Positions 42,300 to 55,961 of a stretch of DNA of 64,000 bases are shown one piece after another (the stretch's first letter is position 1; each line of letters begins with the position of its first letter). This DNA is from Eledone cirrhosa (taxonomy: Eukaryota), in contig OZ024743.1 of assembly GCA_964016885.1 (NCBI GenBank), positions 19,654,001-19,718,000 of the forward strand, in the 5' to 3' direction. The position numbers and the translations under genes were made by a program. Under the pieces are notes generated by a model. The model was not told where the DNA came from and searched no databases. It worked only from the letters and a program-made list of their open reading frames with translations.

Positions 42300-42820
42300 G
42301 CATTATATATATTTACTTAATGGTATCAGTTTTAGGAAATGATATTTGTAAGAAGGAAAGCCAAATTATGCAGTTCATCAGTAGTAGAATATTAATTATA
42401 GGTTAACTAAATTAAAAATAGTTTATATATTAATTTCTAAAGTGTATATTAATTAGGTTTTTAATATTTAAAGCAGAATTATGTAGTTCATCAGTAGTAG
42501 AATATTAATTATAGGTTAACTAAATTAAAAATAATTATATATGTTTACTTAATGGTATCAGTTTTAGGAAATGATATTTGTAAGAAGGAAAGCCAAATTA
42601 TGTAGTTCATCAGTAGTAGAATATTAATTATAGGTTAACTAAATTAAAAATAGTTTATATATTAATTTCTAAAGTGTATATTAATTAGGTTTATAATATT
42701 TAAAGCAGAATTATGTAATTCATCAGTAGTAGAATATTAATTATAGGTTAACTAAATTAAAAATAATTTATATATTAATTTCTAAAGTGTATATTAATTA
42801 GGTTTATAATATTTAAAGGT
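42300..42820. repeat. Imperfect tandem repeats (~113-119-bp units, 4 copies) in the Naiad 3' UTR
   Basis: ttatgYagttcatcagtagtagaatattaattataggttaac at ~42366, 42479, 42598 and 42711. Confidence 0.85.
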
Positions 42821-45269
42821 TTTTCTCAGTTTATGATTACACGATATTATTAATTCCTGTCGCTTATTTAATAGGATATCGTTAGATTTCATTATTTCGA
42901 AAAGTTCTTGGGAACATAATCTACATTCATTTCTACTATTTTGATAAGGGGTGGCCCTTTTGAGCACACTCCAGGTCAGGTCATATTCTATATTCCTCTT
43001 TCTATAACTATTAATTATTTCAGCTAGAGATGTTGTATTAGCTAGTGCGGCATTTTTAAAACTATGTTTGTGGGTATTAAATCTTACCTTAAAATTGTTA
43101 GAGGTAGCTCATATATATGAATAAATAGAGTCCTTAGTGTTAACTTTACATTTATATATTATGTTATTAACAAGGCAATTTCCTTTTAATGGACAGTTTG
43201 CCTTGTTTCTACAGTTACAACTTTTCGTGAATCCTGTATCTGAGGAGATGTTATGGTTAGTTTGATGTACTGGTGGTATACTCATGGTTCTTTTTACATT
43301 TATATGCATTATAGGCACTTATATTTTGTTTTATGTTTTTGGTTGTTGAGTAGGATAATTTAACCGTTGATCTATTTAAGATTTGATGGTATTTGTGGTT
43401 TGGCGGGAAGTTTTTCTCTAGGATATTAAAGAATTTTTTAGGTATATTATCCTTAATTTGTAAATTAAATGGATCATTATACCAAGTAACTCGTCTATTA
43501 CGGTTTCTATGTTATTTATTGTTTTTTATAGGATGCATCCTGATGTTTATTAAGAGAATTATTGTTAATGACCTCTCCACACACATTTTTAGTTAGATTT
43601 ATTGATTTAGGTGTTTTAGCTTGTTTATTAGGAGTTTTATTATTAACATTTATTAGAGTTGTAGGATGAGTAGTTTTTTGAGAGTTACTATACTGTATAT
43701 TAGAAGAGTTAGAGAAATTTGGTTTTATGTTGGTGTTTTGGGGTATAATGTGAGTGGCATTTAGGTGTGTATGTTTCATTTGGTGTTTGTTGGTAATATT
43801 AGGTTGTATGTTTGTAGTGTTATTGGTAGAAGGTATATATACTAATCTATTTTTGTGGCCACTTCTAGCTAGAGCTTCGTTATAAAAGGTCCCATTTTTA
43901 TCAAATACATCTTGGTTAGACGAAAGGTTAGAAATTCTAAGTGATATATTATATGCAAGGTTTTTAAGGATAGATTTAGGGTGATTAGATTGTGAGTGTA
44001 TGTAGTGTAAATTTTGGTTGGGTTTGTGGTAAGGTTGGTAGATACTCGTTGATAAGTCTAATGTTATATCTAGGAAATTAACTACTTTACTTGTGTTTTC
44101 AAATGTAATATCTAGACTATAATAGTCTTTAAGGAAAGTTCTAATAAGCTTTTTATTTTTTTCTATCTCTGAGAGGCTAAGGTTTTTGGAAAGAAGAAGA
44201 CAGTCGTCACGATATAAACCACCTTTAAGGTGGGGAAAGGAAGCATTTATGTTAAAAAGAAGAAAGAGGCCCACAAGATCAGTATTTGGGCAGAATCGCT
44301 TGAGCCCATAGTAATATCGAATAGATTACTATATGTGTTTCTGGTCCAGTATTCATTCTGAAATTCCAGTAGTGTTAGTCTAGCATGTGTAATAATATTA
44401 ATGTCATCCAAAGTTAAGTTAGATCTATTTTTAGCAAATATCAAGGCTTTGTTCAGGAGTATAGGTGATATAGAATAATAATAATTATCTATATCAAATT
44501 GTAGAAATGAAGCAGAGGATTTATATCTAATATTATTAAACCAGTTAATTACCTGGGATGTGTTTTCCCAGAGTGGTAAATTAACATGTTTTCTTAGTTG
44601 TGGGATGACTCTATCTAAAAATTTTTTACTAATTATTCCAATATCAGATTTGGAAGGGCATATAAGCCTTATAGAAGGATTAGAGTTAAAGTTAGATTTA
44701 TGATCTTTCAGGTTGAAGTGTGGTCTTTTCAATGCCAAAGGTTCAGTTCTATCTTCAATATTAAGTCTATTCACTATGCTGTGTGTTTTGTTGTTGATGT
44801 TGGTAAGTGACGCATTATTTGTTTTTCTATAATTTTTCCTGAGTTCTTTATATATGAACTCATTGTAATTTTCAATATCCATGTGATATAGGTTTCCAGT
44901 TTTGTCCGAGTGGACATGGATATTTTTAGATTTTTTTAGGTCCAATAGGGTAGAATCAAGGTCCTTTTGAAAATTAGATTTATACCTTTTAAATTTGAGG
45001 TGTTTGATTAAATTAAAAAGGTCTTTCTCAACGTTTTCAAGTAAGGAGTTGTGTGGTGGATTTTTATATGTTGTGAAATCATACAGATATTTCCTATCAG
45101 TACATTTTGATTTTTTATCGAAGTGGTAGGCCCTCCATCTGATTCTTCTGATAAATTGGTTGGTTTTTTGTATCATAAGAAGTAAGAAATCATCCTTAGA
45201 AGGTAATGGTATATTCTTTAAAGAAGTTCCCAAGTATTGTTTTTCCATCGTGATATGGATAATGGACAA
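42794..45269 (-). pseudogene. Naiad-like RT/GIY-YIG ORF with frameshifts and stops
   Basis: Pieces 44247-45269, 43516-44274 and 43109-43318. Frame continues past TGA (the YIG glycine) to CRLC..CNH, with stop at 42794. Confidence 0.9.
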
Positions 45270-46963
45270 GAAAAAGAGCTCAACTATTTGTATATGGAGT
45301 TATAAAGTTATACACATATATGTATATATTTATAAGTTTACATACACATACAATACAGAAATAAGAATATCCCCGTGAAAATATGAGCAAAGTATGTAGA
45401 TAAATCTACCAAAAGTTTACGGTAGTGTCCAATCCGTATGAAGAACTCAATGTAATCCGGATATCATGAAAAGAGAAGATGCATTCAAAAACTACTTTCG
45501 GTGAAAAATAAACGGAAAACAGAGAGAAGATAAATTATTAAAAAAATAATGAATAAACAAAGAAACAATTCCTTATATTAAAAAAATTCATCATTTTACG
45601 ATCGTTTCTAGGATATATATGTGTTAGAGTTGGTATGCATATTCTATAGATCTATGTACAATATTTGGGCGAGTGTATTTGTGAAAAAATGCATCTATTT
45701 AATGATTAAGCTATGCATATATGTATGTATATATGCATGTACGTATATATATATATATATACATATAAGTGTGTGTGGGGGGGGTGTATGTGTGTGTGTA
45801 TATATCTATTTATGCAATCGTGCATGTCACCCATGACTCCATGTCCCCTTTAATACTTATAGAACCAAATACTAACTGATGTATTTATTATAGAAATTTC
45901 CAACAGCTAACTACTGAATTTATTCATGCCATATAATTAAGTGAGACACATTACATCGATTTCTAATCATTACACAGGGCCAAACATTTATAGGAAAGGT
46001 AGACATTCGATTTAATTGATTCTATTATACAAGCGCTAATTAATTATATCTGTTGGCTCGGAGATGATATTGGGCTACATAATAACTGCAACTGGTATTC
46101 TTTGTTATCGACTACGGAGAAATCAATGTCAACGTTAACAATAAATAATTTGAACTCAAACCATTTACTATTGCTACCGTTGATTACCCTTTTTGTTGTA
46201 TAATAGCTAAGCTATTAATATAAATAATGTTTATCATTAGAAGTATAAATGGTCCTTGTGCTTATGAAGCCGTATCAATGGTAACCTGTGACACAAATTT
46301 ATATACTAAAGGAAATTATAGAAACTGAAGTTCTTGTATAGAAGCTTACCATAGTATTTAGTGAGTGTTAAAGCACATTCATGCATTGTAAAAAACACAA
46401 TACGATAAGCCATCAAATAAATTTATCTAATATTAAATATCTATCTTTAAACTAAGCAGTTTATTTATATAGACATAGCTTACTGTATATTAAAGGGCAA
46501 TGTTGGATTTTAATGATGAACAATATGTCTTTTGACACCTTTTCTTTGGTAACAGGCCGATTAAGTGAGCCCTTGTGATTCATTTTGTAATACATCTAAA
46601 TATGTTTTAAATATGTAACTGTAATGTGGTATACTGATTTTGTTTTACGCTTACATGCTGCGATCAATATAAATAGCTTACATTTGCTCGAAATACTTGA
46701 TGAATAACGAAACAAATCCACGTTCCCATCTAGATTAGGAATATCTATATTTAATCCCATATGTTCTGTTATATAAACATTAGATATCATTCAGTCCTCA
46801 CCAAAATGTATCTTGTGATAAACCTCACTAAGCAATATGTATTATGTATTAAACATAATTGTAACTTCTCAAAATCCAATTATTGTTAGATACAACTAGA
46901 TGATGATAATAATTCGATTCAGTAATTAGTTAATTAATTTTAGAAAATCGTTACAATAATATA

Positions 46964-47640
46964 AGTATGTATACGTACATACATATATGTATACAGACGT
47001 ACAGTAGTATGTATATATATACATACATGCACACATATATATATGTACGTATGGGTTTACCGAACATTTATTATAATGCTCGGTTTGTTTGTAAACAAAC
47101 AGCCCGAATTATTAACCGTGCAGTGTTCGGCAACCATAGTTGCCATTTTGTTCAACACTGACAAAGGAACGATAAACTAGTTTCTAGCTTATTAGCTGTT
47201 ATCAGCACCGTATACCTTCCTGTTAGACGATTGAACGTTTGAATGTATATACTTTCCATATGCATATTAACGGCATATTTAATATGCATAAGGAAAGTAT
47301 ATACTTTCAAACGTTCATTCGTCTGACAGGAATGTACACGGTGCTGATGACAGCTAATAAGCTAGAAACTAGTTCATCGTTCCTTTGTCAGTGTTGAACA
47401 AAATGGCAACGATAGTTGCCGAACACTGTACAGCTAATAATTCGGGCTCATGGTTTACAAACAAACCGAGCATTAAAATAAATGTTCGGTAAACCCATAC
47501 GTACATATATGTGTGTGCATGTATGTATATATATATATACATACTACTGTACGTCTGTATACATATATGTATGTACGTATACATACTTATATTTAAGTAA
47601 CAGCCGTACTAAGAGTGAGAAATGAAATTTCTTTTTTTCC
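46964..47640. mobile_element. Fold-back pair (~310-bp arms) of the HHR-bearing non-coding element
   Basis: Pivot near 47272. HHR at 47338-47380 (+, CTGATGA) and 47169-47211 (-, CTGATAA). Confidence 0.85.
47338..47380 (+). ncRNA. Minimal type I hammerhead
   Basis: acggtg CTGATGA c-agct-aata-agct-a GAAA CTAG TT catcgt. Confidence 0.85.
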
Positions 47641-48244
47641 AGTTACAATAATATATAGAGAAATGACGAATGATATCAGGTGAATGACGTTTTAACGTAC
47701 ATCGCATACTTCGAATATACGAATCACAGAAAAACACTGACACTTTCAAATAACCGTTTCATGTTATCCTTCTTTTATCAAATACTTCCATCACTTTCAA
47801 CTACAAATTCTATGTTCTTCAATACAGAATCTTGACATTTATGATCAATGACATATATGGAATTTCTAGGAAAATGTAAAGTTTGAAGCATCAATTTAAC
47901 CTAACGATGTATAATTCTTTATACCTGACGGTATATTTTATCTCATTCACACTTAATGTATCATATTACTACATTCATATTAGCACCGATTGTTGTTTAA
48001 TTGCTTTAGATAAATTTTGGACTCAGAGATAGATGGTGCCCAAGCAACTTTGTTTCTTCAGAATGTGTATCTAAGATTGTATTATTTATTGCAGCTTCTC
48101 ATCCTTTTTAAATGGTGGAGTATAAATTAAAATATTTTGACTTCTACATCTAGCGGATCGAGCGAACGCATTGAGTATCACTTGTTTGTTTATTTCGTTT
48201 ATTTATTTCAATCCGAGTTAAACTATATCAATTTGTAGCAAAGT

Positions 48245-48421
48245 CAGACCTGTCAACTCTCCTCGTCCGACGGGGAGATCTCCCACCCACTTTCGGGTGG
48301 GTGAGAGATGGGTATAGCTTTCATTATGTTAAAACTCCCCATTTTACCTTATTTCTCCCCGTTTTGGAGGCACTTTTTTTCATGGTACTCACTGTTTTGG
48401 ATTTAGAGGTTGACAAGACTG
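48245..48421 (+). mobile_element. MITE with CAG..CTG TIRs (hAT-like)
   Basis: cagacctgtcaac ... gttgacaagactg. Homologous to 49033-49231 in inverted orientation. Confidence 0.7.
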
Positions 48422-49032
48422 CAAAAATTTACTGTGGTTGGACTGATGTATTATAGCTAATGATGCCCTCTTCTCAGAGAAACCATTTGCTGTTTATTCA
48501 TTATATAGATAGGAATGATAATTTATTATTAGATATACAGCCATCGAGATTGCACCATCGGACGAATTTAAGGGAGTTAGGTTGATGAATGTATACATAA
48601 GATGTGCAAGTATATAATGTAAAATGATTAGGCAATTCCAGTTGGGTGAAATCTAGGAGACCAAAAATTAAACAAATACTTTACCGATAATCTGAAATGT
48701 TAAATAATGTTGAGGGTACTAAAAGCGACGAAATATTCAAAGAAATTTAAACATGTGTGTCAAAAATATTCAAAGATGTTTTTTAGCAAGCACAGTATAT
48801 GCTTCATAAAATCACACTGGTGGTACATCAGCAGTGGGATTTTATACCATGAAATATTCCTTCAAATAGTTAGGGTAGTGTATCGTGTTTACCTATCATA
48901 TATATAGCTTTATTTGCTAGGTTAATATACGAATAATTCCTTAATTTTGCTGTATTTTAACCAACCTGAAAACGTTTGTAACACAAAATAGCAACGCTTA
49001 ACTAATTATTATTGATTCCTTATTCAGGTGTA

Positions 49033-49231
49033 CAGACCTACTAACCTCTAAATAACCTAAACAGGGAATACCATGAAAACACGTGCCCCAAAACGGCCCA
49101 AAATGAGGCAAAATTAGGAGATTTTACATAATGAAAGCCATACCCATTTTCACAAGTGAAAATATTTTTGACCCACCTTAACGTGGGAGAGAGATCCCCC
49201 ACCCGGCGAACGGGGAGTGTTGACAGGTCTG
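49033..49231 (-). mobile_element. MITE of the same family, 6-bp TSD GGTGTA
   Basis: ggtgta|cagacctactaac ... gttgacaggtctg|ggtgta. Confidence 0.75.
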
Positions 49232-49613
49232 GGTGTAGGATATGCATAACAGAAGATAATCCGCATATTGCCAGTATATATTAGAACATTATCAATGTAA
49301 GGTAAGCGAAACTATAATACTATTGAAGATTTATTCAAGATCGCCACTCAAGAATTATTTTTTGTTAGTTCTTGGGTCGATAATTCAATTAGCACAGCAT
49401 TTTCTAGTATTTGGTAAATTCATACTGGCGATGTAATTATATGATGAACCACCAGTTGAAATATTTAAAGTAGTGTAACATCTAGAAAGGTTTTAATTAA
49501 TAGGTTAATATGACTAATAGGTTAATAGATGCTAAAGAAATGTGTACAAATTAAATTATTTTTAAAACTTCTTGGAATTATATAATAATATTTAATACCA
49601 CTTTCTAACGCAC

Positions 49614-49748
49614 CATGTGTATGAGGGAATAAAACACTTCTTGGAAAGGCCCATTTCCCAAGCCGGGCATCTGGCTGGTATTCAGAATTTTTGACTGGAC
49701 ACTTTCATGCAGAATTAAAGTGCTATTCTCAGGTTCCATATGAAGCGC
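49614..49748 (-). CDS. Possible host exon (135 nt, phase 0-0)
   Basis: Non-repetitive, open 45 codons ALHMEPENST..QMPGLGNGPFQEVFYSLIHM between cag| and |gtgcgt. The polypyrimidine tract is weak and I recognise no homology. Confidence 0.2.
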
Positions 49749-50364
49749 CTGTTTTAGATATACGTGCTCCAAACAAGAGCTAATCATACCCCACTATTTC
49801 AGTTCTCAACATAGAACCACATCACACTATTGGAAATTGTTATTACAAGCCAAATTTTAATGGAGCAATTAATTTTGATTAGATCAGAATACTTAATGAT
49901 TCATTAATACATTCATGTTATATTCAAGATAATTAAATATAATCCCGTGGCAGCATTAAATACATTAATCATTTAATTTGTGGTGCCACTTTCGAGATAA
50001 TTTTGGTGTATCTGCATAGTGAAGCATTAAATAAAATATCCAATGAAACACATTTTGGTAGGGAAATGTGTAGAAAGATGGTAACTATATACGAGGAGGG
50101 GTCTGAAATAAAGAGACATCAGTGAATGAATTCTGAAATTGTCTGTGACAAAAGAAATTAGAACTGACGTAGGAACGGTTACCAAATAAGTAAGATTCTG
50201 CACATAAATCTTGAATTAAGAATAAATGTGTACACTTCCCCACATTTGTAGGCATTTGGGCAGGCTGTGAAGAGGAACGAAAGGATTATTTTCATGGTTA
50301 TTCAATGACCTATCAAGATGCTTTTATCTTTTAATCCCAACTTGAAAAAACAGAAATAATAATT

Positions 50365-51911
50365 GTTTCTAGACCACAAGGGCCGACATATAGGGGACAA
50401 TACAAAGATGGAGACGGTGGGAGCCTTAATTAGGAAATGTAGTAAAAAACATAACAAAAAATTAACAATAGAATATATTCAAAGATAAAATATATTCACC
50501 AATAGGAAGGCGAGTCAGGTACCTCACCGATCCTGAACCACGCGACGCGTCGAGGGCACCTGGAAAGGGCACCCCTCTCCGCCTCAAATTAACTAGTCTA
50601 TAGGCGCATGCTCAGGGTAGGTCCATTGATACGGGCCATTCTCCCCACATTCACCCAAATTTTAGCTATTGTGCTGGGCGCCAGCATATCTCTCTCCACT
50701 TTCACCTTCCTTTCCAGACGAAACTTGAAAAGGTTGATGGGGGATTGGCAGAAGAGGAAAGTATCTGTCTTCAATCCTTTCAGCTTGGTCCACCACACAA
50801 CCATTTTCACTGCCGCCACCAGACAGTGGAAGAATGCTTGCCATTCCCGGCCAATAGAAGATGGCGGGGCGATCTTCACTATGGACTCGGCTGCTAGCCG
50901 TATCCGTTCTACACCCGACTACAGCTGTTCGACGGACCCTGCATGAATACGTGCAGAACGGTTTTGTCGATATGCGCGCATCTCGGGATGGTCTGTCTAT
51001 CAGCACTTCCGGGCATGTAGAGTTTATCCCGAATCGGCCGTGCCACGCGGAAGCACTGCCAAGCGAGGGATTTCTGGAAGCTATACGTAGTCCGCAGCTC
51101 GAAGGTCCCCCGGAAAGACTGGTCGGTTCGACTTACTCTGCGCCCAGAGCCACTCCGAGTGCGCTGTCGCACTTACCCACCACTAATCCTCTATAGAACT
51201 GGAGAATGGAAATTCCACTGACTGCATTGCCCGTCTGGCAGAGAGCCGTGAGCGCCTACCAACATTCCAGATGCCAGGTGCGCAGTCTCGGTTTGTTCTT
51301 GATCCAGAACTGCAGCCCAGTCAAAGAGACGAGATGCGGAAAGGCCTTTCTCAAAAATGGTGAACTCGCCTGCTTACCGTTTAGGCAGAAAATCTGAAGA
51401 TGCCGCGGCCTCAGCACATGTTTGCGCATCATTAGCCACGGCATACCCGATCCTCCGCATAGAGGGTGCTGCTAGCACATGGACGGCCTCACAAACGGAC
51501 CTTGTCCCTTCCACAAGAAGTTGAAAAGTAGCCGTTCTACCCTGGCGAGGAGCGAACGGGGTCATGGCACGACAGCCAGGTGGTAGATGACGGACGTGAT
51601 GTACACGTTCGCCAACTCCGCACGACCTTTCACCTTTCAGAGAGAGCTTTTTGTCGGCCCATTTCTGGGCGTAACCTCGTAACCTAGTCCCAAATCTTAC
51701 CCACCTGGAGGGCTGGTCATAACCAAACCCCGAGCAACTTTCCTTGTCCGTCCGTCCAGCGTCCGGTGACGCTGTTGGGCGGCAAGCACTTTCCTCTCCA
51801 GGAAGTGTTGTGGGTGTGTGTATGATGTGTGGAGTGTTTTTGTGTGCCTTATTTTTTGTGCTTTGGATTTCTTTAGTTGTTCCTCGTCCTCGCTACTGGA
51901 AGACGAGGTGG

Positions 51912-51976
<65 letters not shown>

Positions 51977-52965
51977 AGTCTATCCGTGTGTGTGTGTCTG
52001 TCTGTGTGGTGTGTGTATCCTTATGTGTGTCCACGGACCAATCCGCTCTGGTTGTTCTTGTCGCATCTATCGCTATGACATCTGTCTCCTCCACAACCAT
52101 GCATCCAAGAAGCCACCAAAAGTCTTATCCTGGTGGAATTCTGGGAATGCGAACGTTTATTGTTCTTTTTTCCTATGTGGTAGGGGTACATGACGACCTT
52201 GCTGGTTTTGCAAGCGTTTAACAGCCAGGTTTCTGATTCAGCACTGAGATGGTCTGCCCCTCGCTATGTACTGGGTGTCATCGCTGATGCAACTCAGCGC
52301 AGCTTCGACTTTTTCTTGGGGAGTGATCGTCGTTTTTTATAGTTTGCATTGAAATGCAACGAAAGAACACCGGTCTGCTCTCCACCGCTACTATTGTCTC
52401 CACCAGGACGGTTAATTTCGCTCAGGTTTGCTCTTGGTTAATGAGCTTCCATGCCTGGGCCAACATTTTCTCTTTCTGGCGAAGACCCATGCTAAAGCAT
52501 GGCCTTCTTTTAGCTGCTTCATCAACGAAAGAGTTCTTGTTGTTGTCTGTCTTGTTGCTTTCGGTGCTGTTGCTGGTCACATTGTGGTTGGTGTTGTCAT
52601 TGTTGTTATCGTTTCTGGTGATGCTGTCGTTGCTGCTTTCACTCTTCTTCAAGCTGCTCTTGTTGTTGTTGTTCTTGTCGATGTTACAGTTGTTGTTGAT
52701 GTTGTTATTGTTGCAGCTGCTGCTGTTGTTTTCGTTGTTGCAGTTGGTGTTGCTGTTGATTTTATTTTTGTTGTTGTTCTTAGAGATTTTGGTTCTATTG
52801 CTGACGTTGCCCAAATATTGTAAAGCCCCCTCACGTCATTGGGCAAAGACGGAACTCTTTAGACCCCTTTGCAAAAAATAACCCCTACTAATTCAATTGA
52901 AAAAAAACTTGAAAATTCACTACCTTGCGGAGCTCACAAAAACACGCCTTCTCTGACTGACGGCC
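50365..52965 (-). mobile_element. Internally deleted, degenerate Tx1/L1-clade LINE
   Basis: ORF2 C-terminal remnant LSLKGRAELAN..LLFNFLWKG..GGxGMPWL and a Cys/His tail. Low-complexity ORF1 start at 52846. TSD aataataatt at 50355-50364 and 52966-52975. Confidence 0.8.
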
Positions 52966-54329
52966 AATAATAATTCCACGTGGTCGTTCTTAAATAAGGG
53001 TATTCATAATGTTCGCTATAAAATATTGTGCATCCTGCCCCCGTCTGATTTTTATATTCTCTTCTTTTTCCGCTGTCAAATTAATTGGATGCGACCTTCT
53101 AAAGCGGCCTCTACCTTAATATTGTTGCTATTCTTTATTAATATGCATTAGTTACTGTTAACCTTAGGCTCTCACTATCGTTATATGTGTTATTCTGTGT
53201 TTATCCGAATGTGCGTGAGGGTACGATACTAATCAGTTTATAACAATGGGTCAGAGTACGACCTCTTGTTATCATACTGATTTTACAAGATAGGTGAAAT
53301 AACGTGCGTGTCTTTCTCTCCCCCCTCCTCTTTCTCTTGCGTTCCGTTAAGATGTAAATCAATTGAACAATAGTTGTAAATGAGTAAAATATGACGTGAT
53401 GTTAGTAAGCTGAACGTAAACAGTTGCCAGAACTAAAATACATAATATATATACTTAATAATATTGGCTTGTCATTAGTCATAAAACATTTCACTAATAT
53501 GGTCCCAGGAAATAACTATAATAACACCATTGGTATGTCATGGGAAAATCGAATTTCTGTAGTGTTAAAACGTCTTCAGTTCATTGTTTAGCACTTGAGA
53601 AAGTAGTATAAAACATTTTTTCATGCTATTCTCCAACGTTAACCTAGTTATCGATCGCTGGTCGTCTTTACATCGAATATGAATTATTATGAAGTTTAGA
53701 AAAGTTGCTTTATCATTGAAAATGCTGGTCCCCTTTAGGTCATATGGCTGACGTTAAGCAGCCCCAATCTAAGCTTTACTGTACTTTACTTGACTAAAAT
53801 GTTGGGGGAAATATATCATGTTTCATACAAGATAGTTGCTGCGGCGGTTTACATTTTTATATTTTTAATAATAGAAAAATTAGATGAGTGTTGTTTGTCA
53901 TGTAAATCGGTTAGATACTATGAATGATTGTTTTCGTGACAGCTATTATCGCTTAAATTGGATATGCTTGTCATTTATCCAGAGTCAGGCTTTATATCAC
54001 ACAAGTATACAATAATATTGATTTAGCCAACAAGGGGGCTTCTACTCTGTCGCTAGAACTGCTAGAAAGAGAAACCATATATTTATCCAATCCCACTCTT
54101 CCTCCATGAATATGTAAAGACCATATTAAATAATGCACTCCTTACAAACCCCTAAAAGTAGTGTATCGTCACAAGTAAGAGTCTAATGAATGACTTGCTG
54201 GCTCAGAGATGATGTAGGGGTAAACAACGATAAGTATAAAGCTATTAATCAATTTCAGTAGCACAAGACTTCAGATATGCAGCGGCTGGATATACAATTG
54301 ACTATACAGACTCATTATATATCTGGTAG

Positions 54330-54501
54330 TTGACCGCACAGGGAAGTAGGTAAAAGCGACATAGACGAGATTTGACCGCACAGGGAAGTAGGTAAAAGTG
54401 ACATAGACGAGATGTGACCGCACAGGGAAGTAGGTGAAAAGCGACATAGGCGAGATTTGACCGCACAGGGAATTAGGTAAAAGCGACATAGGCGAGATTT
54501 G
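54330..54501. repeat. 42-bp minisatellite, ~4 copies
   Basis: ttgaccgcacagggaagtaggtaaaagcgacatagacgagat. Confidence 0.9.
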
Positions 54502-54963
54502 AAATCAGAAAATAAGAATGAATTAGATAATATCGTAAAACATGCCGTGTGTTCTTCAGTTCCACATGTGCGTAGGTAATTGGACAAGGAAAAGTAATTT
54601 ATAAATTTCTATTTCGACACAATGAAGCACAATAAAGTGTAGAATCGTGAAACTGTTGAAGTGAAGCGTACATATATTAATAATAACACCGAACGTAATT
54701 CCAAGCGACAGAAAGAATTCTGTACACATCAAACCATTAGGCTATACTTCGAACTTGTTGAATACAATTGTGTTTAGCTGAAGCATAATATATAGGCAAA
54801 AAACACCAGCACACATGAAACACGTGAGTGTGATATTATTAGTTGTTGTTACATAATTAAACGATTACACAGCTCTTCTTAGATAACAGTCAATATGAGT
54901 TCAATACACAACAGTTCAGTACTCTTATATGTTTGACACTTTACCGACTTAGTAGTAATAACC

Positions 54964-55160
54964 AATAATTGTTTCTACTTTATGCACAAGGCCAGCAATG
55001 TAAAGGGAAAGTCGATTCAATCGACCCCGATGCATTACTGGTGCTTTATTTATCGACGCCGTAAGGATGAAAGGCAAAACTAACCTCGGCGGGATTTCAA
55101 ATCAGAACGTAAAGGATGGTAACTCTCTGTCGCGAAGCATGGTGTCCGACGCGCTAATGA
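54964..55160 (-). mobile_element. tRNA-derived SINE, with a further 3' fragment at 55195-55250
   Basis: SINE motif set. Confidence 0.85.
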
Positions 55161-55593
55161 TACTGCCAATCCACCACCCTTGTAATAACTAATACTAGTT
55201 TCTGATTTAGGCACAAGGCCAGCAATTCTTGAGGTAGGGTGAAGTCGATTTAATGATAGAAAGAAATAGTATTGAGTAGCAGTGTGCCTTTGGCAAAGCG
55301 ATATGTTGATCTTACTTTGATTACTTCTGGTAAAACGTTCACTGTCTTTTTTGGAAATATTTAGGAGTGTTTAACAGCTCCTTCAGATTATTGACATTCT
55401 TTCTATTTGATCCTTATCTATCTCCTTTGTCCATCTCTTCAGACTACTACTACTACTACTACTACAACTACTACTACTAATACTACTACTACAATATTGA
55501 TATTGCTACTAATGCCACCACTATCATGACTACCACCCCTCACTGGTGCTATTACAACTACGACCTCCACGACTAACACAACTACCACGACGT

Positions 55594-55632
<39 letters not shown>

Positions 55633-55961
55633 TATTGATGTTGCTTCTTTATTGCCACTCTACTTTACACTGTTGCTATTCAAAAAAAAACTACCGATGC
55701 TAATGTTACTCTGAATGTAGTCACTATTTTATTTCTCTTATTCCCTTTACTAAATCTATGGTATAAGCAGGAATAACGTTTAATTTTCTAATTCAATAAC
55801 TTGTTTTTTTTTATTTCCAAGATGAAACGATGCATTGCATGCTTTCCCTGGTTTCTAATGTGTGAAATGCCTACAATATATTTTAGGAAACGAATAATGA
55901 GACAAGTTCCCCATTGACCATCCTCTCGGAACCAGCAGCTTCATGTGAAAATCCTCACTAT

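Larger units (their letters stand above)
40930..45666 (-). mobile_element. Full-length Naiad-like PLE with 272-bp direct terminal repeats
   Basis: 40930-41201 matches 45395-45666. ORF motifs SLKNIP, LKDHK..RLICP, FDIDNYY, TMGSSDSAQI, GLYRDD, CNCRNKANCP and GIY-YIG. Confidence 0.92.

Noticed and set aside
42373-42726. Repeated CTGATGA on the minus strand in UTR tandem repeats
   Set aside because: No matching GAAA-helix III-UH or helix I partner.
43109-43111. In-frame TGA in the Naiad-like ORF as possible selenocysteine
   Set aside because: It replaces the conserved Gly of YIG (GGA to TGA), not a Cys, and the linker Cys codons are TGY.
52354-52881. Leu-rich 175-aa plus-strand ORF
   Set aside because: It is antisense of the LINE's (CAA)-rich low-complexity 5' region.
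54330-54501. 42-bp repeats as a CRISPR-like array
   Set aside because: Contiguous tandem units with no spacers.
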